Assembly: GCA_000165345.1 (NCBI GenBank)
Contig: CM000431.1
Coordinates: 608,001 to 672,000 of the forward strand
Direction of reading: 5' to 3'
Length of the DNA: 64,000 nt
Position 1 is the first letter of the stretch. The number at the start of each line of letters is the position of its first letter. This document shows, in pieces, positions 1 to 10,154 of the stretch. The translations under genes and the position numbers were made by a program. The notes below the pieces were generated by a model, which was given only the letters and a program-made list of their open reading frames with translations, had not been told where the DNA came from and did no database searches.

Positions 1-759
1 TCCATATCCATACTTAAATATATATCTTATATCCATAGTCTTTGACTGTAAAATCTTATTCGATGTGCCATAGTCATCTGGGTCTATATCCGAAATAAAA
101 AATGAAACAATTGGAATATTTTTGTTATCCCAAATACGGATAAATTTAGAGATCAAATTAAGAATAACTATTTGTTTTGAAACATCACCATAGTAGTTAC
201 TATTTGGTCCTGTGTAATATTTATTTGGATTTGCACTTCTAAAACAAACCAATATGGCAGGAGGGGAAAAAGGTCCACTGCATAATGAGTCTCTTAAGCG
301 CACCCCTACTTTTGATATAGACGTTAATTTATTATTCAAATAATAAATCTTCTTGTCAAAACAATCAGTAGTTCTCGTATCAATAAAATATTCATCAATT
401 GATATATTGAAAGTCACGGGATTAAAGGATTTTGAGTTTTCAAAGTAACAAATCTTTGAGAAGCTAGATAACAATTCTCTTGCAAAGTATCTCTTTCCAG
501 ATCCACTATTACCTATTAGAATCAAAACTTTCGGAAGTCTGTCAATGAAAAGGTTAATACCCACTTCAGTCGTGTCAATATCACAAAAATTAGTCTCATA
601 TCTTTTTAGCAACAATAGATAGAATATCGACCCAATTTTTTCAAAGAAATCATCAAGCAATGGGCCGCCTACAAATGATTCATCCAGTTCCAATCTCCAT
701 TTAAAAAGAAAAAAGGAGATCCATCTCAGAGGAATCTCGTCGTACTTGTCCCAATACAT
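1..759 (-). CDS. Hypothetical protein, 5' part of the CDS; the gene continues beyond the window start. Contains a P-loop-like GNSGSGK motif.
   Basis: The minus-strand frame is open from the window edge to the ATG at 759..757, with an in-frame TGA upstream of that ATG. Translation begins MYWDKYDEIPLRW...LILIGNSGSGKRYFAREL. It is absent from the ORF track because no stop lies inside the window. I recognise no family. Confidence 0.35.
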   Translation of the reverse strand, partial: MYWDKYDEIPLRWISFFLFKWRLELDESFVGGPLLDDFFEKIGSIFYLLLLKRYETNFCDIDTTEVGINLFIDRLPKVLILIGNSGSGKRYFARELLSSFSKICYFENSKSFNPVTFNISIDEYFIDTRTTDCFDKKIYYLNNKLTSISKVGVRLRDSLCSGPFSPPAILVCFRSANPNKYYTGPNSNYYGDVSKQIVILNLISKFIRIWDNKNIPIVSFFISDIDPDDYGTSNKILQSKTMDIRYIFKYGYG

Positions 760-979
760 AAATCGAACGAAGAGTCAGAAGTCCATACTTGACGAAATTT
801 GAAAACTGTAACAAATCAAACTGCTAGGAGACCTATGTAATAAGTAGAACAAGACATTGTCTACCTGTTGGCGCAAAAAAAAAAAAAATCGTAATTGTAA
901 CGAACATATAAGAGAATAAATACGAAGGAAACTAAAAATGTCCGTATTGGCTTTGCGTTCCAAGAAATATATTCATTAT

Positions 980-1373
980 TTAATAATGACTTTTATTATT
1001 GAAAAACAGCACTGTTAAATATCTATTTAATGTTAACCTCTCAAATTAGATTTAAATTAACATACCTTCCAGAAACTTGAAAACCAGAAAGCTGTTTCAG
1101 CGCACTTTTTGCATCCTCAATCTCATCATATACTACAAATGCTGTGCCCTTTGTATCTTCACCTACACCTCTATTTCAGACTCTTCATGAACAAGAAATT
1201 TTGTTAGCCTTACCTTCTTATTTGTCTAATTGTTCCATGTCTCCCAAAAATGTCGTAGAGATCGGTAGAAGAGATATCATATGGAAGTTGCCTAAGGTAA
1301 ATAATAGATGAATTTAAAACAATGCATTTTACATTTCGTACCTTACATATAGAATTCGGCTATTATTAGACAT
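980..1373 (-). CDS. SF3B6: Splicing factor 3B subunit 6 (SF3b14a/p14). Four exons: complement(1342..1373, 1214..1291, 1066..1170, 980..1022).
   Basis: Hand-spliced product: [85 protein letters not shown]. It aligns without gaps to the p14 RRM (RILYIRNLPY...IRQIR.G....GTAYVVY.DI.DAK.A...LSGF.V..RYLVVLYY). The three introns are 50, 43 and 43 nt, with donors GTACGA, GTAAGG and GTATGT and acceptors TAG, TAG and TAG. Confidence 0.6.
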
Positions 1374-1631
1374 TGAGTAGTTTAAACTAAACAAAATCGG
1401 ATAATGCCTTAGTAATATATTCTTAATGTTATAAAAGTTACCTTAAATAATACTATTATATTGCCATAGCTTAAAATTAATGTCAATAATAGTAATAGTT
1501 CAAATATAGGCGGTGTGTAAGTAGCGCTTTCCTACACACAATTTTACTCGCGCGTGCAACGTAGAAGTTATAATATTGCGGAATGTCGCACCATCGATTT
1601 CCTCTAATCCTCATCTAAGGATAATTTCAAG

Positions 1632-4625
1632 ATGAGTGGGTTAGCCAGCTCTCCCTCTATTGGGAAGACAATACTATTTGAGAAGAATAACGATTGGGGG
1701 CTTAATTTTGATTTGGGCGAGCTCGAAATATATGAAAATCAGGACTTAAAAACTAGACTAAAGGAATTAATTTCGCCATTCGAAAACACATTTTCTTCTG
1801 TATCTACTCTAGAATACTTGCATCCATTTACATTGAAGTTCCGAAGCGAGATTTTGGAAAAGAAATTTGAAAAAAAATTTAGAAAAAGAACAGAAATTGG
1901 TATTTTTTGGATTGGATTGCTAACATTATTTTTAATAATCTTGGATATCTTATTAGAAGTTTACAATCAAAAAGTAAATGAAGTTTCTAATAGTTCAGTA
2001 ACTGCTTATTTTATAATTTGTGGTGTAGTTGCAACATGCTCATTATTTCTAATCATATCATTTTTCGTCAATTTCTTAAATAAACATTTGGAAGTTATAT
2101 TTACATCAACTACAATAATAACAACAATACTTAATATTACAGCAGGAAATTTATTACTAGATGTCTCACTTTCCCCTAATAATAACTACGATCCTGCTGT
2201 CCAGAATTCCAGATCACTTATTGTAATCACAATTTGCTCGATTCTGCATTTTATGTTACCAATTTCTTTTATGAGTATATTAATTTATTCAATAACGAGT
2301 ATCTCATTCTATATTATATTGGTCCCTTCTATGCTGATGCCTATTCCTAACGAAACTCAATACGTATCCACAACAATTTATCTTTTTGTGTTCTGTTTTG
2401 TATGTATTTTGGCTAAAAGAGTTAACGTGAGCTCTTCTAGAAGAGACTTTTTTAACATTAATTTAGTTAAAGCAGAAATGCAAATATTGGAGAATTCTAT
2501 GAATCAAACACCTAAATCTACAATGATCGAAGGAACATTAGCTAACATCAATAAGGTTCAACTATTTCTTCGCTATTTAAATACTTCCTGCACAAAGGGA
2601 ATAAATCGTAAAATGTTACATGACGCAATGGTAGACCTGACTTCTGCTCAAGTCACTTTATGTAGGTCAGATGATATTTATGCAGTTGATCCAGTTGCGA
2701 TTTTCCTACCGCAGTCACTTCAGTCAAATGTGCCGCAAACCCCTAGACAATCTAAGGTTAGAATAATAGGTAGTGGAGATGTAACTCCAAAAGAAAATTG
2801 CTCTCCAACTGCTTCTCAAAAGATAAAACAAGAGTTGGGTATATCTTATGATGTTAGAATTCCTATATCTCCTAATTCTCCAAAGTCAATGGGGCAGTTT
2901 TTATCTCCAAAGTCGCACGAGAACAAGTCAAGTTATATAAGCGTTGATTCCATATCAGCCAGAAGGAATACAGAATCAAGGGCTACTGTTACATCGATTC
3001 CTGGCCCTTCTCGTCGAAGACTCTCAATGATGATTGCTACTGCAGGAGAGAACTCTTCAACACTTATTGATCCGTCCGTTGAAAAGGTGAGAGAGTATAT
3101 TACTGCAGAATTTACTAAATCGTCTGCATCTAGAAGAGAGGTTTTATATGCTTCTAAAGTTTTTGATGGACCGGCCGCAAACCCAAGCAATACTAATGAA
3201 AAGATCAAGACTACATCTCAAAATTTGGATACAAATCATATAGTGGAAAGTATGATTTCCCGTCAAGGACCCTTAGATGAACCTGCAGTTGGTGGAGATA
3301 TTGAAGATAATTATAGACATCTTTTAAAGAATAAGCGTAAGATAGCTCACTTCGCAACTCATCTAGCTTCAAAACTCATTTCTATTAAAGATCCTTCTGG
3401 AACAATCTCATTATTAAGTCAATCATATTTTAATGAAACTAATCCACATAATTTTACGCTACCTGAACTTCCCAAAGGTGTTGGTACAGAACTTCATTCT
3501 GATTTAGATAGGGCATTGCAACTTATGAATAACCAGTATTCTTCTAATTGGGATTTGGACATGTGGAGGCTAAACGAATTAACAAAAGGTAATTGCCTTT
3601 CAGTGGCAGGACTATATATGCTACACTTGATTGCATTAGAAGAAAAAAACCAGGAATCTGGCTTTGATTCATCTAACTTGCCTAGGGGAATTACTACAGC
3701 ATATTCTTCTTCAATTACTGCTCCTTCGAAGCTAATTGGCAATATATCCAAATTCAATATATTTTTTCGAGAATTAAATATTAGATACCTCAACAATAAA
3801 TACCATAACGAATTACACGGCACTAACGTATGCCATCTTGCAATTTGCCTATCAAGAGCGACTGGATTATGGAGCCATTTAGACACTGTAGAGAGGCTTG
3901 CCTCAGTTATTGCATCTCTTGGGCATGATGTAGGCCATATTGGTAGAACAAGCAATTTTCTTGTAAATTCAAGACATATGCTTGCAATTAATTATAATGA
4001 TCGATCTGTCCTTGAAATGTTCCATGCATCCCTAACGTTTCGGATAATCTACTATTATGGAGGCGGAGCTGCTGATTTTTTGCAAAGTTGGGACGCAGAA
4101 CTCCACAAAGAATTTAGAAGAATAGTTATTGAATTAATATTAGAGACAGATATGCATAGGCATTTTGAATGCGTTTCTAGGTTTAGAGTGAGAAGGCAAG
4201 CAGTTGATTGGGACCCATACGGAGATGCTCAAGATAGGCTAATGCTTGCTAGGACATGTTTAAAAGCTGCAGATATCGGACATGGAGCATTGAAATGGAA
4301 TCAACACTATAAGTGGTGCAGATCTGTTGTAGAAGAATTTTTCCTACAAGGAGATGAGGAGAAAGCATTATCGCTGCCCATTTCTCCAATTTGTGATAGG
4401 GAATCTACAGATGTACCAAAGTCGCAGGTTGGATTTTTAAATTTTGTTTGTCTTCCATTGTTCCAAGAATTATGCTATGTAGATGTGGAGGGTGATGTGA
4501 GAAGATGTATTGATCGAATTTTGGAAAATATTAATAACTGGGAAGACATAGCTGAGGCAGGCATTCAGTGGGATAGTGAAGATGCATTAACATTTGTTTC
4601 AGATGAAAAAGCTGATTTACAATAG
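1632..4625 (+). CDS. 3',5'-cyclic-nucleotide phosphodiesterase: an N-terminal multi-pass membrane domain followed by a C-terminal class I PDEase catalytic domain.
   Basis: Single 997-aa ORF. Residues about 110-280 contain several hydrophobic helices. The C-terminal half has the PDE signatures YHNELHGTNVCH, LGHDVGHIGRTSNFLVNS, ETDMHRHFE and AADIGH. Confidence 0.85.
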   Translation: MSGLASSPSIGKTILFEKNNDWGLNFDLGELEIYENQDLKTRLKELISPFENTFSSVSTLEYLHPFTLKFRSEILEKKFEKKFRKRTEIGIFWIGLLTLFLIILDILLEVYNQKVNEVSNSSVTAYFIICGVVATCSLFLIISFFVNFLNKHLEVIFTSTTIITTILNITAGNLLLDVSLSPNNNYDPAVQNSRSLIVITICSILHFMLPISFMSILIYSITSISFYIILVPSMLMPIPNETQYVSTTIYLFVFCFVCILAKRVNVSSSRRDFFNINLVKAEMQILENSMNQTPKSTMIEGTLANINKVQLFLRYLNTSCTKGINRKMLHDAMVDLTSAQVTLCRSDDIYAVDPVAIFLPQSLQSNVPQTPRQSKVRIIGSGDVTPKENCSPTASQKIKQELGISYDVRIPISPNSPKSMGQFLSPKSHENKSSYISVDSISARRNTESRATVTSIPGPSRRRLSMMIATAGENSSTLIDPSVEKVREYITAEFTKSSASRREVLYASKVFDGPAANPSNTNEKIKTTSQNLDTNHIVESMISRQGPLDEPAVGGDIEDNYRHLLKNKRKIAHFATHLASKLISIKDPSGTISLLSQSYFNETNPHNFTLPELPKGVGTELHSDLDRALQLMNNQYSSNWDLDMWRLNELTKGNCLSVAGLYMLHLIALEEKNQESGFDSSNLPRGITTAYSSSITAPSKLIGNISKFNIFFRELNIRYLNNKYHNELHGTNVCHLAICLSRATGLWSHLDTVERLASVIASLGHDVGHIGRTSNFLVNSRHMLAINYNDRSVLEMFHASLTFRIIYYYGGGAADFLQSWDAELHKEFRRIVIELILETDMHRHFECVSRFRVRRQAVDWDPYGDAQDRLMLARTCLKAADIGHGALKWNQHYKWCRSVVEEFFLQGDEEKALSLPISPICDRESTDVPKSQVGFLNFVCLPLFQELCYVDVEGDVRRCIDRILENINNWEDIAEAGIQWDSEDALTFVSDEKADLQ

Positions 4626-4636
4626 ACAAGATTATA

Positions 4637-6838
4637 TTATAGAAAAGTTAATGATAGTGCTAGTATTAAGGGTGATAGTAATCCTATCAGCAAATGTTTG
4701 AACATTGTTGATTTCAAGCACCTATCATCCCTAAATAAATGAAATAAATTTTCCGTAAAAATTTCATAAAAATTCTTCCCGTTGTAATTACACATATTTT
4801 TTTCTATTTTAATTTCCACCCAACTGATCCACTGCAAAATAGGGATACTTTTAATTATTTTATACTGTTTTGAAACCTGGTCAAAACCATCCAATGATAA
4901 CCTATTACAGAAATTATTTATCTCTGCTGAAAAATATTGTTTATTACGACAAAATATCTCGTTCCCTAAAACGGAGTTCCAAATAGATGCAGAATTTTTC
5001 GCTTTGCTAATATCGAAACCAAGATTATAAATAAAATGTTTTGAATTTAAAATATTTGCAATATCTATCAAAAAATATCTTGTCTTCATTGCTATTTTTG
5101 ATAAAATACATGCATAGTAGTCTCCTTTCTTTTTATAACAACAAAAATTTAATAAAATCACCAGGAAAATTGTCCAGATTATAAATTTTCGAAAAGCTGA
5201 AGAATCCATGATAAAAATAATAAATAGAATGATGGGAATAATAAAAACCAAAATGCTGAAATTTTTTGTTGAAAGAATAATTGAGAAGGCAATTAGAAAT
5301 ATTTTATTCATTATCTTAATAGAATTAATAATATCTTTGTATGCGCTACTATTCTTTTGAACATTAAATAGTTTAATGAATATATTAATGCTTGAAGTAA
5401 CAAAAAATGTGATGAAGAAGACCACAAAAGTTAATGCAATAAACAAGGGCCACAAGTTTGTATATTCGGATTCAGATAAATTGGAGCAATCAAATAAAGA
5501 ATTACCAATTTTATCAAATAAATGCACAACCAAGAGTATTATTGGAGCAGTTATTGAAATCAAACAAGCTATTAGAATAATTCCAATAAGTAGAATACTG
5601 CTTTCTTTTGATATTTGTGCTAATATTCCGATCGAAAATGATATTAACATCAGAATAATTGGGACTAAATAAATACCAAAGTTTAGTGTTGAAAAATATG
5701 ATGTAAAATAGTATTTGTTACTTGATTGATGCAATTCATCATGAAGGTTACTTTGAATCTTAACAATACCTTCTAAAAATTTATAAATCTCAAATTGTTG
5801 AATTGGAAATATTGAAATGAACTCGTTCGCATCATTGCTGTCCTTAAAATGATCCCAAATTTCATTATTCGCTATCGAAAATTCATCAACCAAAGAAAGT
5901 GTAAATGAATTGATATTATTTTGCAAAAATCGACTGTGAGGTTTATACGATCCTTTATTAAACGCTTGCCTGAAGCAATTATTTGGCAAATTAATGGTTT
6001 TTAAAAGCTTACCTTGCAATTGAATCCCAAAAATTCCTTGTAATTATAGATATAGGAGGATAGGTGAAGCTTGATTCAACTTCCCTAATAACAGAATTGG
6101 GGAAATCTTGATTAGTTTGTAGTCCATCCATAGATTCTACTAAAAGTTAGAAATTAACATACATGATTGAATCAACTTACCGATGTCAATAAAGACTCTT
6201 GTTGGAGTTAACGATAATATTTCAATACAAATTGCAGTTCGTATTCTACCATTGTATTTTAGCAGTCTTTGGTCAATTGCCAGATCCTTCAGAAATGAGT
6301 TAATTCCCATTGAATTTGGAATGTTCGAATCCGTAAAAAGTAGAATTATGTCTTTCGAAGTCCAGTAAATCTTTTCAAAATGTTTGGAAAGAGGAATAAT
6401 TAAGCCTGCTGCACTACCCAGTTCATCTTTTCCATCTTTATATTTCCATGGAAAGGAAATAGAAATTATTATTACTTCTGAAGAATCGCCTCTTTTTGAT
6501 GGAACTACAGCTGCAATATACCCGGAACTTAAGAGGTATAAATCTTTATATCTGTATGAAGAGAAGTTTTTATTTTTTATTATATCAATGTCTCCAGAAT
6601 CATCGCATTCAATGCAGTGAGTGTCCCTTGCGATAGAATTAATTATGCTTTGCGCAACCAATTCAGCGTTACCCGATTTTTGAGAAGTTAGTATCTCTTG
6701 GGTTACTTTCTTATATTCAAGTACGATGCTGCGGTCAACTGTAGCCTTATTTACTCCTTCAGAAAACCCACTTTCTTTTACTTGCGTAACTTTATCAAAG
6801 CCTGGAAGAGATAAAAGAAATAAAACCCCAATAAGCAA
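4637..6838 (-). CDS. GAA1: GPI-anchor transamidase component GAA1 (GPAA1). Three exons: complement(6181..6838, 6013..6139, 4637..5969).
   Basis: Two track ORFs (6140..6838 and 4637..6019) are joined by two micro-introns of 41 and 43 nt, with donors GTAAGT and GTAAGC and acceptors TTTTAG and TTCAG. Exon 1 has an N-terminal signal anchor and a luminal domain matching GPAA1 (KHFEKIYWTSKDIILLFTD vs [21 protein letters not shown]). The C-terminal half is multi-pass membrane. Reading phase is conserved across both junctions and the total is 706 codons. Confidence 0.6.
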
Positions 6839-7235
6839 CAGAGTTAATCTATAAAGATAAGAATGTAGTTGAATTTGAAAGCTTACGCACTTACCTGATT
6901 AATCCAACCGTAGTAAAGCTCATATCCAGCACAGTTGTAATTATTAAGGTATTTTACCCTTTGTATTTGTGCGCGCATGAGAAGCTTACAGTTTATACCT
7001 CGTAAAAATTGAAAGTAATGTGGAATTTAATTTATAATAAATGTAATATAGATTTTCACATAACACCAAAGAGACCATTTCTTTTTGGTTGCAACATATT
7101 TGCGATATTTTTGTCCGATTATACATAATTATTGTATTAATTTTTTTTTGAAATTTAGAATTTTAACACATCTTGCCCGCAAAACAATTATCTCTTTTAC
7201 CGCACAAGCAAATTGTCATTTTTGACGAATATTAA

Positions 7236-9824
7236 ATGGCTAAAGGAACATTTCAATGTTTTGGTTTTTCTCCAAAGCTTTTGGAGTCAATAAAGATTAT
7301 AGGCTATTCTCTTCCAACTCCGATTCAGCGTAAATGTTTTCCGTCTATTTTAGCAGGTAGAGATGTGGTTGCTATGGCAAGAACAGGTTCTGGTAAAACT
7401 GCGGGTTTCGTATTGCCTATGATTGAACGATTGGGCTGCTCTCATTCGCAAATTGTTGGAATTAGGGGAGTTATATTGTCTCCAACTAGAGAGCTTGCAT
7501 TACAGACTTATCGTGTTGTGCGAAAGCTTGCCTGTAAAACGAATTTGGTTGTTTGCGCACTAACAGGTGGCTCATCGCTTGATAGACAGTTTGAATCATT
7601 ATCTGGAAATCCAGATATTGTAGTTGCAACTCCAGGAAGATTATTCCATCACATTATAGAAGCAGGGCTTTCATTAATAGCTGTCAAAATAATTGTTCTT
7701 GATGAGGCAGACCGACTATTTGAAATGGGATTAGCCAGCCAAATTGAGAAAATATTGGAGTCCATCCCAAAGAATAGGCAATGCGTATTAGTATCAGCTA
7801 CAATGCCTACAGCTCTTGCATCATTTTCTAAAGTTATGTTAAACGAGCCGGAAGTTATTCAAATTGATTCAGATTATATATTAAGTGAAACATTAAAGTT
7901 AACATTTCTCTTTGTTAGAGAGGATGAAAAGCTTGCATCCTTACTATACTTGCTTAGAAACACTATTCCTTCTCACGAAAGAGCTATTATTTTTTGCGCA
8001 ACTAAACATCATGTTGATTATATCGTAAAAATTCTTGAATCAAACAACATTATAGTTAGTTATATTTATGGAAATATGGATCAAGAGGCACGTACAATGC
8101 ATTTGAACACTTTTAGAAAGAATAAGAGTAGAGCGTTAATAGTAACTGACATTGCTGCAAGAGGCGTGGATATACCAATGATCAAATATGTCATAAATTT
8201 TGATTTTCCATTGAGCCCAAAATTATTTGTTCATAGGACTGGAAGAACAGCAAGGGCAGGACAACATGGCAGAGCATTTTCGCTTATTACTTCCAGAGAT
8301 TTACCATACACGATTGACCTTTGTCTGTTTCTTGGCCTTAAAATGACTACGTTAACAAGTAAACAGACTACAGATTCATCAAATTATAGCTTAAACACAG
8401 AAAATAGAGTTGAAGCTGGCATAAGAGACGATGATATTCATGAAGAAGGGATATCTTTTATTAAACCAGCTTCTTTAAATGATTTTCATGGAGAGTCAAG
8501 ATTAATTTTAGCTGGTTTCCCTGATCTTACACTGGAGATAGAATCTATTGAAAGAGTTCTTACTGAGAATTCTGAAATAGAGAGGTGTAGGAGGTCAATG
8601 GAATCTGCGTATTTATTGTACTTGAAAACCAGGACACCATCTTCAAAAGAAAGTTTAAAAAGATCACGGGAACTTTTAGAAAAGTGCGGAGGAGTATCAA
8701 AAATATTAATGTCTATTCATCCAGATTTAAATATAGATACCAATGAAACTAATTTAAATATCGTAACTTTTCAAAATCTCGGAGTTATCAGCGACCCTCT
8801 TTTGGACCATTTGAAATCATTTAGACCAACTGAGAACAAAACTCACAATAAGTATGGGTGCCTTAACCAAGCTACTGGAAAGATGGTTTTAAAGTCATCA
8901 ATCAAGATGAAAAAAATTAAAGATATGGGCAACGTTGTAAAATCAATTCTAAGTGAAGATAAATTTGCAATTGGCACCTCTATTTCTGAGAGTCAAAATG
9001 GTATTTCAGACGAAATATCTTCAAATAATAATATTTCACAGAATTTTGTGAATAAAAAAAGAAAGCCTAAGAAACAGTGTAATAGAGTTAAAGAATCAGA
9101 ACATTTCTTTATACCTTATAAAAATAGTGAAGGGGAAGTTTCTAGATCGACTGGATTACAATTAGAGTCATCAAGTTTTGATATTAATCCTGATGAAGAG
9201 GGCGAGATGAAAAGACAAAAGTGCGTTAGAAAATGGAACTCTAAAAGGAAAAGGTATGAGCTAATCGATATTTCTAAAAAAAATTCCATCAAAAAGTTTA
9301 ACGAAAGTGGTATTAAGGTTAAAGGAGAGCTAAAGTGTACGGGGCAATATAAGAAATGGAAGGCAAATACAAATTTAAAGATCCAGAATGTTGGTGAAAT
9401 CGAGGATACAGAACTTAATAAAACTATTCGTAATAATGGGTTTAAAGATAAATATAATACGAGCGATATTAACTCTTCATTTGACTATTCGAACGTACAT
9501 GATAAACATAAAGGGATCATTGAGGCTATAAGTAAAGGTATTAAGCTAACTCACAAACAGAAACGTATTGCAAGACGCATTGGAATAATCAAGGAAAAAA
9601 TTGTTAATAAAAGCAAAAGTTTGCAAAATGAAATAAGAACTCCGCAGCAGATTCTTAAAAAACGAGCAAATGACGTCAAACAAAGAATGAAAAATGATTT
9701 AGAATTTAGAAGAAAGCAGCTAGCAAAAAAAAATAAGGAGTTTGCAGAGAAGAATTTTAAAAAAGTTATTCAAAAGGGGAGACCGAACAGGAGTAAAGTT
9801 GTGCTAGTTGAAAGGCGTAGATAG
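7236..9824 (+). CDS. DEAD-box ATP-dependent RNA helicase, DDX54/Dbp10-like, with a long basic C-terminal extension.
   Basis: The 862-aa ORF has the Q motif (PTPIQ), motif I (AMARTGSGKTAGF), PTRELA, TPGR, DEAD (VLDEADRLFEMG), SAT and motif VI (HRTGRTARAG). Confidence 0.85.
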   Translation: MAKGTFQCFGFSPKLLESIKIIGYSLPTPIQRKCFPSILAGRDVVAMARTGSGKTAGFVLPMIERLGCSHSQIVGIRGVILSPTRELALQTYRVVRKLACKTNLVVCALTGGSSLDRQFESLSGNPDIVVATPGRLFHHIIEAGLSLIAVKIIVLDEADRLFEMGLASQIEKILESIPKNRQCVLVSATMPTALASFSKVMLNEPEVIQIDSDYILSETLKLTFLFVREDEKLASLLYLLRNTIPSHERAIIFCATKHHVDYIVKILESNNIIVSYIYGNMDQEARTMHLNTFRKNKSRALIVTDIAARGVDIPMIKYVINFDFPLSPKLFVHRTGRTARAGQHGRAFSLITSRDLPYTIDLCLFLGLKMTTLTSKQTTDSSNYSLNTENRVEAGIRDDDIHEEGISFIKPASLNDFHGESRLILAGFPDLTLEIESIERVLTENSEIERCRRSMESAYLLYLKTRTPSSKESLKRSRELLEKCGGVSKILMSIHPDLNIDTNETNLNIVTFQNLGVISDPLLDHLKSFRPTENKTHNKYGCLNQATGKMVLKSSIKMKKIKDMGNVVKSILSEDKFAIGTSISESQNGISDEISSNNNISQNFVNKKRKPKKQCNRVKESEHFFIPYKNSEGEVSRSTGLQLESSSFDINPDEEGEMKRQKCVRKWNSKRKRYELIDISKKNSIKKFNESGIKVKGELKCTGQYKKWKANTNLKIQNVGEIEDTELNKTIRNNGFKDKYNTSDINSSFDYSNVHDKHKGIIEAISKGIKLTHKQKRIARRIGIIKEKIVNKSKSLQNEIRTPQQILKKRANDVKQRMKNDLEFRRKQLAKKNKEFAEKNFKKVIQKGRPNRSKVVLVERRR

Positions 9825-9859
9825 TAATTTATACTTTTTTCTAGAGACTTAAATTAGTT

Positions 9860-10147
9860 TTAATTTATTCTTTTTTTAATTTCATTAAGGGATTCTTTAT
9901 TGAAAATTACTTTAATTTTCAATGAACAGCTTTCACATTGTAAAACTACGGAACTATCATTCCCTTTAGCTTCTGAATTGACTATCTCTTCAAGATAAGG
10001 AAGCGTTGTCCAGAATATGTCGCCGCATGAGCAATTATATGATAGAGTTCCCGAATAAATATCCAACCATTCCAACTCATCAATGTATATGACTTTCCAT
10101 ATAAATCCGTTTTTATCATTCATGGAAAGGTTAGAATTAGCAATCAA
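9860..10147 (-). CDS. DPH3: Diphthamide biosynthesis protein 3 (DPH3/Kti11), a CSL-type zinc finger.
   Basis: The 95-aa ORF contains ...YNCSCGDIFWTTLPYLEE...LQCESCSLKIKVIF, the CSL zinc-finger signature. The true start may be the internal Met (MNDKNGF...). Confidence 0.8.
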   Translation of the reverse strand: MIANSNLSMNDKNGFIWKVIYIDELEWLDIYSGTLSYNCSCGDIFWTTLPYLEEIVNSEAKGNDSSVVLQCESCSLKIKVIFNKESLNEIKKRIN

Positions 10148-10154
10148 TGCAAAT

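Noticed and set aside
2933-3955. Antisense ORFs 2933..3208 and 3494..3955 inside the PDE gene.
   Set aside because: They are fully contained in a conserved sense ORF, have no recognisable motifs, and are a typical AT-rich antisense artifact. The same applies to 5376..5672, 13426..13647, 14220..14631, 21433..21747, 23829..24158, 45905..46198, 52890..53102 and 60565..60885.
6037-6180. Single 144-nt intron model for GAA1.
   Set aside because: It also restores the frame. However, it is three times the otherwise invariant intron size, and it deletes 41 codons that align to GPAA1. The two-micro-intron model is preferred, but not proven.
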